NCBI GenBank assembly: GCA_964016885.1
Contig: OZ024742.1
Coordinates: forward strand, 213,838,001 to 213,902,000
Direction: 5' to 3'
Length of the DNA: 64,000 nt
Source of the DNA: Eledone cirrhosa
Taxonomy: Eukaryota
Below, piece by piece: positions 43,177-54,569 of the stretch. Within the stretch, counting starts at the first letter, position 1, and the number at the start of each line of letters is the position of its first letter. The position numbers and the translations under genes were made by a program. The notes beneath the pieces are model-generated. The model saw nothing but the letters and a program-made list of their open reading frames with translations. It did no database searches and had not been told where the DNA came from.

Positions 43177-46100
43177 TTATACTTCTCTTAGGTCAGTGTT
43201 GTTTGTTTGGGTGTTGTTGTTGTTCCACTCATTCTTTCTGTTTAGCTTTGGTCTTCTAATTTCTATTTCACTGGCCTCTCTGATTTGCCTATCTGCTGGG
43301 TCATTCCTATGTTTAGATATTATTCTAATTTCTATGTTGTCTATGTTACCGTCATGATGTTGTCTAGCATGTTCGTATAGTACTGACCCGTTTTTTCGTC
43401 CTTTTAGTTCCCCCCAGTGTTGGTCTATCCTTTCACCTATGCTACGAGCTGTCTCACCTATGTATGTTGTTGTCGTGTTTCTACAAGTACCCTCTGTACA
43501 TCTTATGCTATAGACTACGTTTCTAGTTTTACAGTTTATCCGGGGGTTCACCTTACATATGATACATTTCCTATTGGTACAGTGGGTTTTCTTAAAAGGG
43601 TAGGTTTTGCTGATCAGGGATTTTATGGTGGTTCCTGGCTTTTCTACCACCTTTATTTTTAAGTGGGTCTTTCTCAGGGCCTTTCTACACTGGTTAGCTA
43701 ATTTCCCTCCAGGGGTGGCGTCCACAAACATGACACTCTGATATCTCTGGTTGTCGTACCATGATGTGGCCTTCCCTATCTTATGTCTAGCCCTATCTAA
43801 GCTATTCCATGATTTGCTCCTGTATAGTGGGCAAATTCCTTTCATGTCCAGTTCTATGAGGGTCTTATACTTTTCCATGGCTCCTTCGTATACTCTGACT
43901 CTGTCTCTTTGGTTGTAGCCAGAGAACTGCATGCGGTTGATGAAGTGTTGGATGTGTCCTTCCATTTCTGTTGGGTCGCACATGCTGGACACATTCTTCA
44001 TCACTCGTACCAAATCTGCGATCAGAATATTAAACTTAGCACTACTGGACATTGCTGAGTTTTTGAGTATCAGGTATTTGGAGGCCATGGGTTTAGCATA
44101 GTGTGAGTGGAGAATTTGGGCTCTCTCGTCTATAGTGTTAATCCAGAGTTCTGTGTCTAATACAGGTAGTCTATTGTTAGGGTGTTTGGAAGGGAAGTCT
44201 ATAGTTACAGTTATACTCTGGTGTATGGAATTAGCTATCTGCTGGATGCTTTCCATCGTGCTACGTTCTAAATCAAACTTGTTAGTGCTCTCTAGTGGGG
44301 GTGTTCTTATAACTATATTGATATCGTCTACATAACGAGAGTACATGATGAGGTCTATGGAGCTTTCATTAAGGAGATCTTTAAGTCTCCTTTCCCACCA
44401 TACCATGAAAAGGTTGGCAACATCGCCAGCTATGCTGACGCCGATGGCTGCTCCCTCATTTTGGGTGTAGATTTTCTCATTGAACTTAAATATGTGGCCC
44501 TTTAGGGTAGTTTTGATACTAGCCCCTATTGCATGTGCGACCATTTTTCTTACCTGATCAGTGTTTTGGGGGGTCCGTATAGCTTTGGTCCACCCAATCC
44601 ACCTTCCTATGGGAGTCTTTTTAGCCATTGAGGTTATGGTGGGGGGTCTACCTCTTATAGGTCTACTAGGGCAGAAACATCTAAGGTCATGGCTGTCTAG
44701 GTAGTCAGTGTCGTAGGTAAGTCTAAGTAGGAGGCCCAGTTCGTCTGTGTCGACGTCGCAGAACTCCACCTCACTCTCAATGATCATCTCCACACATCTT
44801 TTCACAGCAAAATCAATGTTAATGGATGGGTACAGTGACACCACATCCATGCTGCCTATTATGCAGTTGGATAGGCTCCTGTTTTTGTTGCACTCACTGA
44901 TTCTGCTGAGGAGGTCCTCTGTACTTTCACATACATCTGGGGACATCTTGATTATGGGGCGTATAACCATTGAGAGGAAGTAGGAGATCCTGTAGTTGCT
45001 AGCTATATTAGCTCCGCATACAGGTCTTGTTGGTGGTCCTGTTGTCGGGTCGTCGACTGTCTTGTGGTCTTTGCGGAGCCCATACAAGGGTGGTATGCCA
45101 TTGTTAGACGCCTGGAAGTTGTTGGCAGTGCGTCTGCTTGGCTTTAGGATGTCAGTCCACATCATCATGTGAGCGTTGAGGATTTTTTCTCTCCCATCGT
45201 GTGTTAGTTGTGCAACTTCGCTCGTGTTGGTGATGTGGGGTTGCATTGCCTCGATGTAGTTCGGCATGCTATCTATTGACATCCTACCAGACTTATCTGT
45301 GGGTAGACACACTACCTCACCATCCCTTGTGCGCTGCTTGAGGCTAACCAAGCCTTCTACAGGTTTTATCCCAAGTTGTTGGGCCTCTGGTCTGCTCTGT
45401 CTCATAGTGTACCTGTCTACTACTTGTCTAATCTTATTTCTAGCTATGGTGAACTGTGCCTCCGTCTCGTCATCTATTTGTTGTGGTATGCAAACTCTTT
45501 TATTAAAGGGTAACCTCGTAGGATAGATATTACCCATCTTATATGTTTTGTCAGCTGGGTTGAAAAATAGTTTCTCTAAGGGGTTGTCGTTATTTCTATC
45601 GTCATAGTTGTGTGTGTTGCTATTATTATTATCATGGTGGTTGTTGTTGTTTCTATCATTAGCTTTAATATTATTATTGTTATGATTGCTAGATGTATTG
45701 TTGTTTACTTCACCGTTATTGTTGTTGTTGTTACTGCTATTTCTACCATTGTGGTTGTTACTATTATTATGTTTCTTGTTTTTGTTGATGTTGCTACATG
45801 TACTATTTCCATTATTACCACTGTGGTTATTGTTGTTGTTGTTGTTCGTATTGTTACCGTTATTACTACTGTGGTCACTGTTGCTGTGTCTGTGGTTAAC
45901 GTTTCTATTATTATTATTATTGTGGTTGTTGTTGTTCTGTCTATCGCTAGTATTATTACCATTATCACTATTTCTCACTTTCCTGCCATTGTTATGGTTA
46001 TGGCTGTTATTTCTATACCCAGAGTTATTGTTTATATTACTACTACCGTTATTATTGTTGTTGTTGTTTACCTTTGCATTCCAACGTATTTTTGTGAAAC

Positions 46101-46791
46101 ACTTTTCCAGTTCAGTTTTGCATTCCATAGGGTTAATCTTTTTGTAGATGGCAAATTTTGGTGGTAACTTTAGGATTTGTTGTTCTTGTTCACTGATTAA
46201 AGTGTTCCCATAGATATTTACTGTGTGGTCATTGGTAAATTCTTCCGGTAGTTTTACATCACTCATACGGATGTTGTCGATGTTATCTGGGTATTTTTGA
46301 GAATATTCGATTTTCCTTTCTTGTAGTTTTTTCTTATTCATCCATTCTAATTTCTTCTTGAAATGCCTACAGCATTCGTTTTGAGCATATTTCGTTTCGC
46401 GTCGGATGACGCTCATGAAGTCATCTCTCTCGTTTGCTGTGATGAGATTTCGGATTTCCTTACCGTTGATGCCTTTTTGTCTGTAGAGTGCGTTGACTTT
46501 TGTGTATGTTGTTCTTTTCATATTAACTGTTATTGTGTGTTTTAGCCGTTCAGCTTGTGTTTTGTTCAATAATAAATTATTTACTTGTTTTGATATGTTT
46601 GTTGTGTATGTTTTGGAGGAAACACAGTGTTTTAAGAAGCGGATTTGTTCTGTTGTTATTGTAGTTTTTATATAACAGAAAACAGTGTCTTTCAATAACC
46701 TTTCAGCTTGGCACAAGCTAATGCCATAGCGGCGATGAATTAGTTTTGCGAGGTTTTTTATATGAAATCGTGTGTCGAAACAGATATTGTT
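43177..46791 (-). CDS. Penelope-like element ORF, near-full-length inverted copy (lacks only the N-terminal MTLPKY)
   Basis: Protein matches the + copy except QKG vs QKR, and extends it by [23 protein letters not shown]...SSKT. The track start at 46920 lies in the opposite arm and is not the real start. Confidence 0.95.
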   Translation of the reverse strand, partial: NNICFDTRFHIKNLAKLIHRRYGISLCQAERLLKDTVFCYIKTTITTEQIRFLKHCVSSKTYTTNISKQVNNLLLNKTQAERLKHTITVNMKRTTYTKVNALYRQKGINGKEIRNLITANERDDFMSVIRRETKYAQNECCRHFKKKLEWMNKKKLQERKIEYSQKYPDNIDNIRMSDVKLPEEFTNDHTVNIYGNTLISEQEQQILKLPPKFAIYKKINPMECKTELEKCFTKIRWNAKVNNNNNNNGSSNINNNSGYRNNSHNHNNGRKVRNSDNGNNTSDRQNNNNHNNNNNRNVNHRHSNSDHSSNNGNNTNNNNNNNHSGNNGNSTCSNINKNKKHNNSNNHNGRNSSNNNNNNGEVNNNTSSNHNNNNIKANDRNNNNHHDNNNSNTHNYDDRNNDNPLEKLFFNPADKTYKMGNIYPTRLPFNKRVCIPQQIDDETEAQFTIARNKIRQVVDRYTMRQSRPEAQQLGIKPVEGLVSLKQRTRDGEVVCLPTDKSGRMSIDSMPNYIEAMQPHITNTSEVAQLTHDGREKILNAHMMMWTDILKPSRRTANNFQASNNGIPPLYGLRKDHKTVDDPTTGPPTRPVCGANIASNYRISYFLSMVIRPIIKMSPDVCESTEDLLSRISECNKNRSLSNCIIGSMDVVSLYPSINIDFAVKRCVEMIIESEVEFCDVDTDELGLLLRLTYDTDYLDSHDLRCFCPSRPIRGRPPTITSMAKKTPIGRWIGWTKAIRTPQNTDQVRKMVAHAIGASIKTTLKGHIFKFNEKIYTQNEGAAIGVSIAGDVANLFMVWWERRLKDLLNESSIDLIMYSRYVDDINIVIRTPPLESTNKFDLERSTMESIQQIANSIHQSITVTIDFPSKHPNNRLPVLDTELWINTIDERAQILHSHYAKPMASKYLILKNSAMSSSAKFNILIADLVRVMKNVSSMCDPTEMEGHIQHFINRMQFSGYNQRDRVRVYEGAMEKYKTLIELDMKGICPLYRSKSWNSLDRARHKIGKATSWYDNQRYQSVMFVDATPGGKLANQCRKALRKTHLKIKVVEKPGTTIKSLISKTYPFKKTHCTNRKCIICKVNPRINCKTRNVVYSIRCTEGTCRNTTTTYIGETARSIGERIDQHWGELKGRKNGSVLYEHARQHHDGNIDNIEIRIISKHRNDPADRQIREASEIEIRRPKLNRKNEWNNNNTQTNNTDLREV

Positions 46792-46801
46792 AGCTATATT
46801 A

Positions 46802-49800
46802 GCATACACAACAAACATATCAAAACAAGTAAATAATTTATTATTGAACAAAACACAAGCTGAACGGCTAAAACACACAATAACAGTTAATATGAAAAGA
46901 ACAACATACACAAAAGTCAACGCACTCTACAGACAAAAACGCATCAACGGTAAGGAAATCCGAAATCTCATCACAGCAAACGAGAGAGATGACTTCATGA
47001 GCGTCATCCGACGCGAAACGAAATATGCTCAAAACGAATGCTGTAGGCATTTCAAGAAGAAATTAGAATGGATGAATAAGAAAAAACTACAAGAAAGGAA
47101 AATCGAATATTCTCAAAAATACCCAGATAACATCGACAACATCCGTATGAGTGATGTAAAACTACCGGAAGAATTTACCAATGACCACACAGTAAATATC
47201 TATGGGAACACTTTAATCAGTGAACAAGAACAACAAATCCTAAAGTTACCACCAAAATTTGCCATCTACAAAAAGATTAACCCTATGGAATGCAAAACTG
47301 AACTGGAAAAGTGTTTCACAAAAATACGTTGGAATGCAAAGGTAAACAACAACAACAATAATAACGGTAGTAGTAATATAAACAATAACTCTGGGTATAG
47401 AAATAACAGCCATAACCATAACAATGGCAGGAAAGTGAGAAATAGTGATAATGGTAATAATACTAGCGATAGACAGAACAACAACAACCACAATAATAAT
47501 AATAATAGAAACGTTAACCACAGACACAGCAACAGTGACCACAGTAGTAATAACGGTAACAATACGAACAACAACAACAACAATAACCACAGTGGTAATA
47601 ATGGAAATAGTACATGTAGCAACATCAACAAAAACAAGAAACATAATAATAGTAACAACCACAATGGTAGAAATAGCAGTAACAACAACAACAATAACGG
47701 TGAAGTAAACAACAATACATCTAGCAATCATAACAATAATAATATTAAAGCTAATGATAGAAACAACAACAACCACCATGATAATAATAATAGCAACACA
47801 CACAACTATGACGATAGAAATAACGACAACCCCTTAGAGAAACTATTTTTCAACCCAGCTGACAAAACATATAAGATGGGTAATATCTATCCTACGAGGT
47901 TACCCTTTAATAAAAGAGTTTGCATACCACAACAAATAGATGACGAGACGGAGGCACAGTTCACCATAGCTAGAAATAAGATTAGACAAGTAGTAGACAG
48001 GTACACTATGAGACAGAGCAGACCAGAGGCCCAACAACTTGGGATAAAACCTGTAGAAGGCTTGGTTAGCCTCAAGCAGCGCACAAGGGATGGTGAGGTA
48101 GTGTGTCTACCCACAGATAAGTCTGGTAGGATGTCAATAGATAGCATGCCGAACTACATCGAGGCAATGCAACCCCACATCACCAACACGAGCGAAGTTG
48201 CACAACTAACACACGATGGGAGAGAAAAAATCCTCAACGCTCACATGATGATGTGGACTGACATCCTAAAGCCAAGCAGACGCACTGCCAACAACTTCCA
48301 GGCGTCTAACAATGGCATACCACCCTTGTATGGGCTCCGCAAAGACCACAAGACAGTCGACGACCCGACAACAGGACCACCAACAAGACCTGTATGCGGA
48401 GCTAATATAGCTAGCAACTACAGGATCTCCTACTTCCTCTCAATGGTTATACGCCCCATAATCAAGATGTCCCCAGATGTATGTGAAAGTACAGAGGACC
48501 TCCTCAGCAGAATCAGTGAGTGCAACAAAAACAGGAGCCTATCCAACTGCATAATAGGCAGCATGGATGTGGTGTCACTGTACCCATCCATTAACATTGA
48601 TTTTGCTGTGAAAAGATGTGTGGAGATGATCATTGAGAGTGAGGTGGAGTTCTGCGACGTCGACACAGACGAACTGGGCCTCCTACTTAGACTTACCTAC
48701 GACACTGACTACCTAGACAGCCATGACCTTAGATGTTTCTGCCCTAGTAGACCTATAAGAGGTAGACCCCCCACCATAACCTCAATGGCTAAAAAGACTC
48801 CCATAGGAAGGTGGATTGGGTGGACCAAAGCTATACGGACCCCCCAAAACACTGATCAGGTAAGAAAAATGGTCGCACATGCAATAGGGGCTAGTATCAA
48901 AACTACCCTAAAGGGCCACATATTTAAGTTCAATGAGAAAATCTACACCCAAAATGAGGGAGCAGCCATCGGCGTCAGCATAGCTGGCGATGTTGCCAAC
49001 CTTTTCATGGTATGGTGGGAAAGGAGACTTAAAGATCTCCTTAATGAAAGCTCCATAGACCTCATCATGTACTCTCGTTATGTAGACGATATCAATATAG
49101 TTATAAGAACACCCCCACTAGAGAGCACTAACAAGTTTGATTTAGAACGTAGCACGATGGAAAGCATCCAGCAGATAGCTAATTCCATACACCAGAGTAT
49201 AACTGTAACTATAGACTTCCCTTCCAAACACCCTAACAATAGACTACCTGTATTAGACACAGAACTCTGGATTAACACTATAGACGAGAGAGCCCAAATT
49301 CTCCACTCACACTATGCTAAACCCATGGCCTCCAAATACCTGATACTCAAAAACTCAGCAATGTCCAGTAGTGCTAAGTTTAATATTCTGATCGCAGATT
49401 TGGTACGAGTGATGAAGAATGTGTCCAGCATGTGCGACCCAACAGAAATGGAAGGACACATCCAACACTTCATCAACCGCATGCAGTTCTCTGGCTACAA
49501 CCAAAGAGACAGAGTCAGAGTATACGAAGGAGCCATGGAAAAGTATAAGACCCTCATAGAACTGGACATGAAAGGAATTTGCCCACTATACAGGAGCAAA
49601 TCATGGAATAGCTTAGATAGGGCTAGACATAAGATAGGGAAGGCCACATCATGGTACGACAACCAGAGATATCAGAGTGTCATGTTTGTGGACGCCACCC
49701 CTGGAGGGAAATTAGCTAACCAGTGTAGAAAGGCCCTGAGAAAGACCCACTTAAAAATAAAGGTGGTAGAAAAGCCAGGAACCACCATAAAATCCCTGAT

Positions 49801-50236
49801 CAGCAAAACCTACCCTTTTAAGAAAACCCACTGTACCAATAGGAAATGTATCATATGTAAGGTGAACCCCCGGATAAACTGTAAAACTAGAAACGTAGTC
49901 TATAGCATAAGATGTACAGAGGGTACTTGTAGAAACACGACAACAACATACATAGGTGAGACAGCTCGTAGCATAGGTGAAAGGATAGACCAACACTGGG
50001 GGGAACTAAAAGGACGAAAAAACGGGTCAGTACTATACGAACATGCTAGACAACATCATGACGGTAACATAGACAACATAGAAATTAGAATAATATCTAA
50101 ACATAGGAATGACCCAGCAGATAGGCAAATCAGAGAGGCCAGTGAAATAGAAATTAGAAGACCAAAGCTAAACAGAAAGAATGAGTGGAACAACAACAAC
50201 ACCCAAACAAACAACACTGACCTAAGAGAAGTATAA
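46802..50236 (+). CDS. Penelope-like element ORF (RT + GIY-YIG endonuclease), 5'-truncated copy; first in-frame ATG at 46892
   Basis: Uninterrupted ORF with PLE motifs PTDKSG, LYGLRKDHK, PTRPVCG, SMDVVSLYPSI, GAAIGVSIAGDVANLFM, YSRYVDD, LPVLD, HYAKPMAS. It has a Cys-rich linker and a GIY-YIG domain (NVVYSIRC..C..YIGETARS..ER..QH..H..HH..REASEI..P.LN). The DKS/KDHK signatures resemble Nematis-type PLEs (inference). The track start at 46772 is a GTG in antisense sequence. Confidence 0.95.
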   Translation, partial: AYTTNISKQVNNLLLNKTQAERLKHTITVNMKRTTYTKVNALYRQKRINGKEIRNLITANERDDFMSVIRRETKYAQNECCRHFKKKLEWMNKKKLQERKIEYSQKYPDNIDNIRMSDVKLPEEFTNDHTVNIYGNTLISEQEQQILKLPPKFAIYKKINPMECKTELEKCFTKIRWNAKVNNNNNNNGSSNINNNSGYRNNSHNHNNGRKVRNSDNGNNTSDRQNNNNHNNNNNRNVNHRHSNSDHSSNNGNNTNNNNNNNHSGNNGNSTCSNINKNKKHNNSNNHNGRNSSNNNNNNGEVNNNTSSNHNNNNIKANDRNNNNHHDNNNSNTHNYDDRNNDNPLEKLFFNPADKTYKMGNIYPTRLPFNKRVCIPQQIDDETEAQFTIARNKIRQVVDRYTMRQSRPEAQQLGIKPVEGLVSLKQRTRDGEVVCLPTDKSGRMSIDSMPNYIEAMQPHITNTSEVAQLTHDGREKILNAHMMMWTDILKPSRRTANNFQASNNGIPPLYGLRKDHKTVDDPTTGPPTRPVCGANIASNYRISYFLSMVIRPIIKMSPDVCESTEDLLSRISECNKNRSLSNCIIGSMDVVSLYPSINIDFAVKRCVEMIIESEVEFCDVDTDELGLLLRLTYDTDYLDSHDLRCFCPSRPIRGRPPTITSMAKKTPIGRWIGWTKAIRTPQNTDQVRKMVAHAIGASIKTTLKGHIFKFNEKIYTQNEGAAIGVSIAGDVANLFMVWWERRLKDLLNESSIDLIMYSRYVDDINIVIRTPPLESTNKFDLERSTMESIQQIANSIHQSITVTIDFPSKHPNNRLPVLDTELWINTIDERAQILHSHYAKPMASKYLILKNSAMSSSAKFNILIADLVRVMKNVSSMCDPTEMEGHIQHFINRMQFSGYNQRDRVRVYEGAMEKYKTLIELDMKGICPLYRSKSWNSLDRARHKIGKATSWYDNQRYQSVMFVDATPGGKLANQCRKALRKTHLKIKVVEKPGTTIKSLISKTYPFKKTHCTNRKCIICKVNPRINCKTRNVVYSIRCTEGTCRNTTTTYIGETARSIGERIDQHWGELKGRKNGSVLYEHARQHHDGNIDNIEIRIISKHRNDPADRQIREASEIEIRRPKLNRKNEWNNNNTQTNNTDLREV

Positions 50237-50484
50237 ATAAATAAGTAAATTAAATTAAATAAAATAAGATAAATAAATACATACACAAGCACATAAACAC
50301 ACACTAGTCACCCAGCAGACACAACACTATACACACTAGTCACACATCACACACGCAAACGCATGCGCAAAGAAGACAAAATAAAATAAGATAAACAAAC
50401 AAGCAAACAAATAAATAAATATATAGACGGACTGAACAAAAAAAATGGCGTAGACATACAACACAACAGGAGGAACAATGAATA

Positions 50485-50535
50485 TAACACCACTGACGAT
50501 GTTGCAGATGTGCAACGAAAGATTTATGTAAACTA
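50485..50535 (+). ncRNA. Minimal hammerhead ribozyme-like motif in the PLE 3' UTR/pLTR
   Basis: CTGACGA-t-GTTGCA gatg TGCAAC-GAAA-G AT TTA. Core and a 6-bp stem II are clear; stems I and III are weak. The mirror copy at ~42880-42925 (-) has AAAA in place of GAAA. Confidence 0.65.
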
Positions 50536-50784
50536 TATATATATGTGTTTGTCTATATTGTATCTGTATTATTTTATTTTTGACCGCCGGTCAGTCAATG
50601 GCAACATTGAGGACCGAGTAAGTTAGATCGCAGATATATATATATAAAAGACAGCGAGAAGCGAAAACCAACCAAACAGTGAGTGTGTTCTGTTATTAAT
50701 TCTGGCAATATTACGCAAATATGACCCTCCCCAAATATAACAATATCTGTTTCGACACACGATTTCATATAAAAAACCTCGCAA

Positions 50785-50815
<31 letters not shown>

Positions 50816-52724
50816 GGTACACATTTATATATATTTATATATGAGTGTAGATGTATGTACGCGTGTGTGTACCTGGATATGTGTACATCTGTATGTGTGT
50901 ATTTCGCTGATGTATATCATAAGAAATATAAACATTGGCGAGAAACGGAAAAACAAATGACATTCCTTCGCAAATATTGCTGTCAGAGATACAGCAGAAC
51001 AGCCCAAAGCTGTCACCAACGATGGTATTTTTCACACATTTACGATAGAAAATCTATAACTAACTAAATATGGGGTTACGGTTAAACTGCGGTGAATAAA
51101 CAACAACAAAATTCTAGATGTAGAGAGGTGCTGTCGTTTGAGTAGATGTAAATACAAAACCTGTTTCATATTTTATCGATCCTGGAAAGCCAAAAGAAAT
51201 TAAGTCAGAATTTCAACGAGAAACGTTGAAGAAGGGATTGTAGTGGGTGTTTAACTAAATACCACAATGTAATTATCCCAGTGTTCAAGATATTTACTCT
51301 GTGATGGTCTCCTTTCCCTTTTCATTATTCTTTAATTTTCCGTTGATTTGACTCAGAGGATTCAGCAAGGCATCACGTTTCACAAGGGCCAGTCAGTCAG
51401 TCAGTAAGTCTGTCCCACTTTCTTTCTTTTCTTATCTTTCTTTCTTTCTTTCTTTATTTATTTATTTCCTTTCCCTTGTCATTCTTTCACATAGACTCAA
51501 TGTAAACAACAATGCATACAATTTACACATACATAAATAAAACTAGGAAATGGATCTCCATCGGGTTTGAGGAGAATATTCGAGCTATTGAATCAACCGA
51601 ACTACCTATTCATCGAATTATAGTTTAAGTGGCTGAGTATTCCACATACATTCCACTATTCTCATGCAGAATCATTGTGAAAAAATATGTGACAAAGCCG
51701 GCTCTTTGAATGACAGCTTACAAATCCGTTCGATGGATTTCTACGTAGTTTTTCTCCATCCAGCATCAGGCAGATTTTTAACCACTTAATAATTTGGTAT
51801 ACTTAATTCCTCTGCAGGTCTAACACCACCACATAATTCTTAGGTGTCCTTAGCAGTGTCTACTCTCTCACAAGCATTTCAATCAAATTTCCGCTTAGAG
51901 GATGTCTCCCAGGTTCCTTCATACCCATTCACTCTCACCAGTCTGGGAGGCCCTGAGAAGTGTTACGAACTCTGCCCTTCCCTCTTGAATAAGCGATGAA
52001 TATACACACATACCCCGCAAAATACACACACACACGCACAAATACACACACGTACTCACACATATCCACACGCACACACACATACACATATCCACACACA
52101 CATACATACACACACGCACACATACACACATACGTACACAAATTCGATGTAAACTTATCTTATGTCCATAAAACGTACAACTTTCAATAATAAAATGAAG
52201 CAAAGAAAGTAGCGGTTTGGCAAATATATACTTAAAAAAAGAAAACAATGTTTATAGTTTCAGTTGATTTTGTTTCACAACTGAGAAGAAACTCCTTGTT
52301 GTTTACAGTCTCTGCCACCTGTTGTTCGTTTATTTCTTCTTTTAAAATTTAATCTTTTTTCTTCTTCAGTTTCTTATGTTTTTCCCCATTTCTCAGTTTT
52401 GTCAGATATCCCCCTATTCATCTTAACATCTTAATATTCTCATAAAACAGCAAAGCAACATTTTTATCTGTCCAAAATATTGGCGTTCTGAAATATTTCT
52501 TACGGATTTCTTACAGCTGCCGTTAAGGAGAGTTCCCGGCAAAATAGGAGGGAGAGAAACAGTGAAGCAGTTAAAAACAAAAAAAAAAAGCAAAAAAGAC
52601 AAAACAAAGGTGATTCCAAAAGAAAAATAATCAAATAATCTAACATAAATAAATAAAACTAAAAGACTAAGTTGGCTAAGGAGAGATAGAATAAATAATT
52701 TGTATGTGTGTGTGTGCGTATATA

Positions 52725-52801
<77 letters not shown>

Positions 52802-53063
52802 AAAGATAAAAAATACATAAAGCGAGAGTGAGAGAGAGAAAGACCCATTTGTATGTATTTGTCTAATTCCCTCTCTCTCCTTCTTTTTCTGACTATCGTG
52901 GCCTCCCTGTGCGCTACTCTCTACGTTATGAGTATGATTGATTGTTACCATAACTTCGACAGGAATCACTAGGCGCCATTTTTGGCGTGTTTAGCTCACG
53001 AAATATTGATGATAAGGATAATGATGTTACTATTAAAGATAATGGTGATGTTGTTGTTGTTGT

Positions 53064-53112
<49 letters not shown>

Positions 53113-53888
53113 AATGTTGATGATGATGATAATGATGATGATGATACCGATCAGTATCTTATCTGAGACACGTCAAAATGGTGAGATGCTATTGTTTATC
53201 CCCAGGTCAGCCATGATAGAGCAGACCTATGATTCAGTCGTGATATGACCGTCTGTTTCTATAGACAGAATTTATCTAAGGCAATGTTATACAATATGTT
53301 TTTATAAGAAGGTAATATATAATTGTTGGAGATTTGGATGCAAATCCTCGCAGATCTAGCGCCTATATAGAAACTTCCTTATTGTCTCGTTCGCCCTAAT
53401 GTTATTGCTATCCCATTCCAGTCACCAGTTCATATGACACAGCAAGCTAGCAAAACACTCGAGAGCTAAACAAAACAATGCCACACCCCATAGTTAGTAA
53501 TTGTCTATATAAGGGCCTATAAAGCGTTGAGAAGTTTCTAAAGTTGATCACTTAATTCTAACGTCATGCAGTTATCAGAGATATATTGGACGCCAATGTA
53601 TCTCAGATCACAGTATTCATATTCAATCTAATATGAAAGGTATAAAAATATGTTCTAAACAAAGCATTTGCTCTGGATTTGAATCGAAGAGTCGCGGTGC
53701 TCTACAACATTCCCAGCCATCTCTCAAGTTATGTATTCAACTATTTTTAAAACGTAGAATACAACGGATAGTATAATCTGAAATAAACATTTTAGACCGA
53801 TGTGATAGTCATGGCTGGAAGGCGTTTTTATCATGGTATTTTCAAATAAAGGCTAAAAACAACAACAGAACAAAAACACCAAAAACAG

Positions 53889-53952
<64 letters not shown>

Positions 53953-54115
53953 CATCACCACCACCACGTGATAAATATCCAACCCGGATCAATTATGAGT
54001 AGAGTGGTTTGAAGAATTAAAGTGGTAGGCGACAACTGAGTGATACAATGTTATTTTTGTTGATCCAAGATTCCCAGTGAAAGCAATTGACTCCTACCCA
54101 GGGAAAGTTGTGAGC

Positions 54116-54525
54116 AGTTTCGTCTAAACGTATAATGTGAAAGTAGCGACTAGTTTCGTCTAAACGTATAATGTGAAAGTAGCGACTAGTTTCGTCTAAA
54201 CGTATAATGTGAAAGTAGCGACTAGTTTCGTCTAAACGTATAATGTGAAAGTAGCGACTAGTTTCGTCTAAACGTATAATGTGAAAGTAGCGACTAGTTT
54301 CGTCTAAACGTATAATGAGAAAGTAGCGACCAGTTTCGTCTAATTATGTAAACGTATAATGTGAAAGTAGCGACTAGTTTCGTCTAAACGTATAATGTGA
54401 AAGTAGCGACTAGTTTCGTCTAAACGTATAATGTAAAAGTAGCGACCAGTTTCGTCTAATTATGTAAACGTATAATGTGAAAGTATCGACCAGTTTCGTC
54501 TAATTATGTAAACGTATAATGTGAA
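54116..54525. repeat. 36-bp minisatellite, ~11 copies
   Basis: AGTTTCGTCTAAACGTATAATGTGAAAGTAGCGACT; some units carry an 8-bp insertion. Confidence 0.95.
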
Positions 54526-54569
54526 GAATATGACGAAGACGAAGCCAAGAAGAACCAAAGAAGAAGTTT

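Larger units (their letters stand above)
42667..50789. mobile_element. Head-to-head inverted PLE insertion in (TA)n, with pseudo-LTRs and a ~43-bp 3' tail
   Basis: Arms 42667-46610 and 46803-50746 are reverse complements (coordinates sum to 93413). The right arm runs on to 50789. (TA)n flanks both ends. Confidence 0.95.

Noticed and set aside
46772-46920. ORF-track N-termini MSKQILLAILA and MTFVYVVLF..
   Set aside because: GTG/TTG starts read from the antisense of the opposite arm; the real start is MTLPKY in the pLTR.
45610-47803. Hydrophobic Leu/Val/Ile-rich ORFs that look like membrane proteins
   Set aside because: Antisense or alternative frames of the PLE Asn-rich repeat.
50615-50690. 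GTAAGT/GTGAGT splice donors suggesting a PLE intron
   Set aside because: Not consistently conserved in sister copies (42520, 40640), and no clear acceptor.
54116-54525. 36-bp repeats resembling a CRISPR array
   Set aside because: Units are head-to-tail with no unique spacers, there are no cas genes, and the context is eukaryotic; this is a minisatellite.
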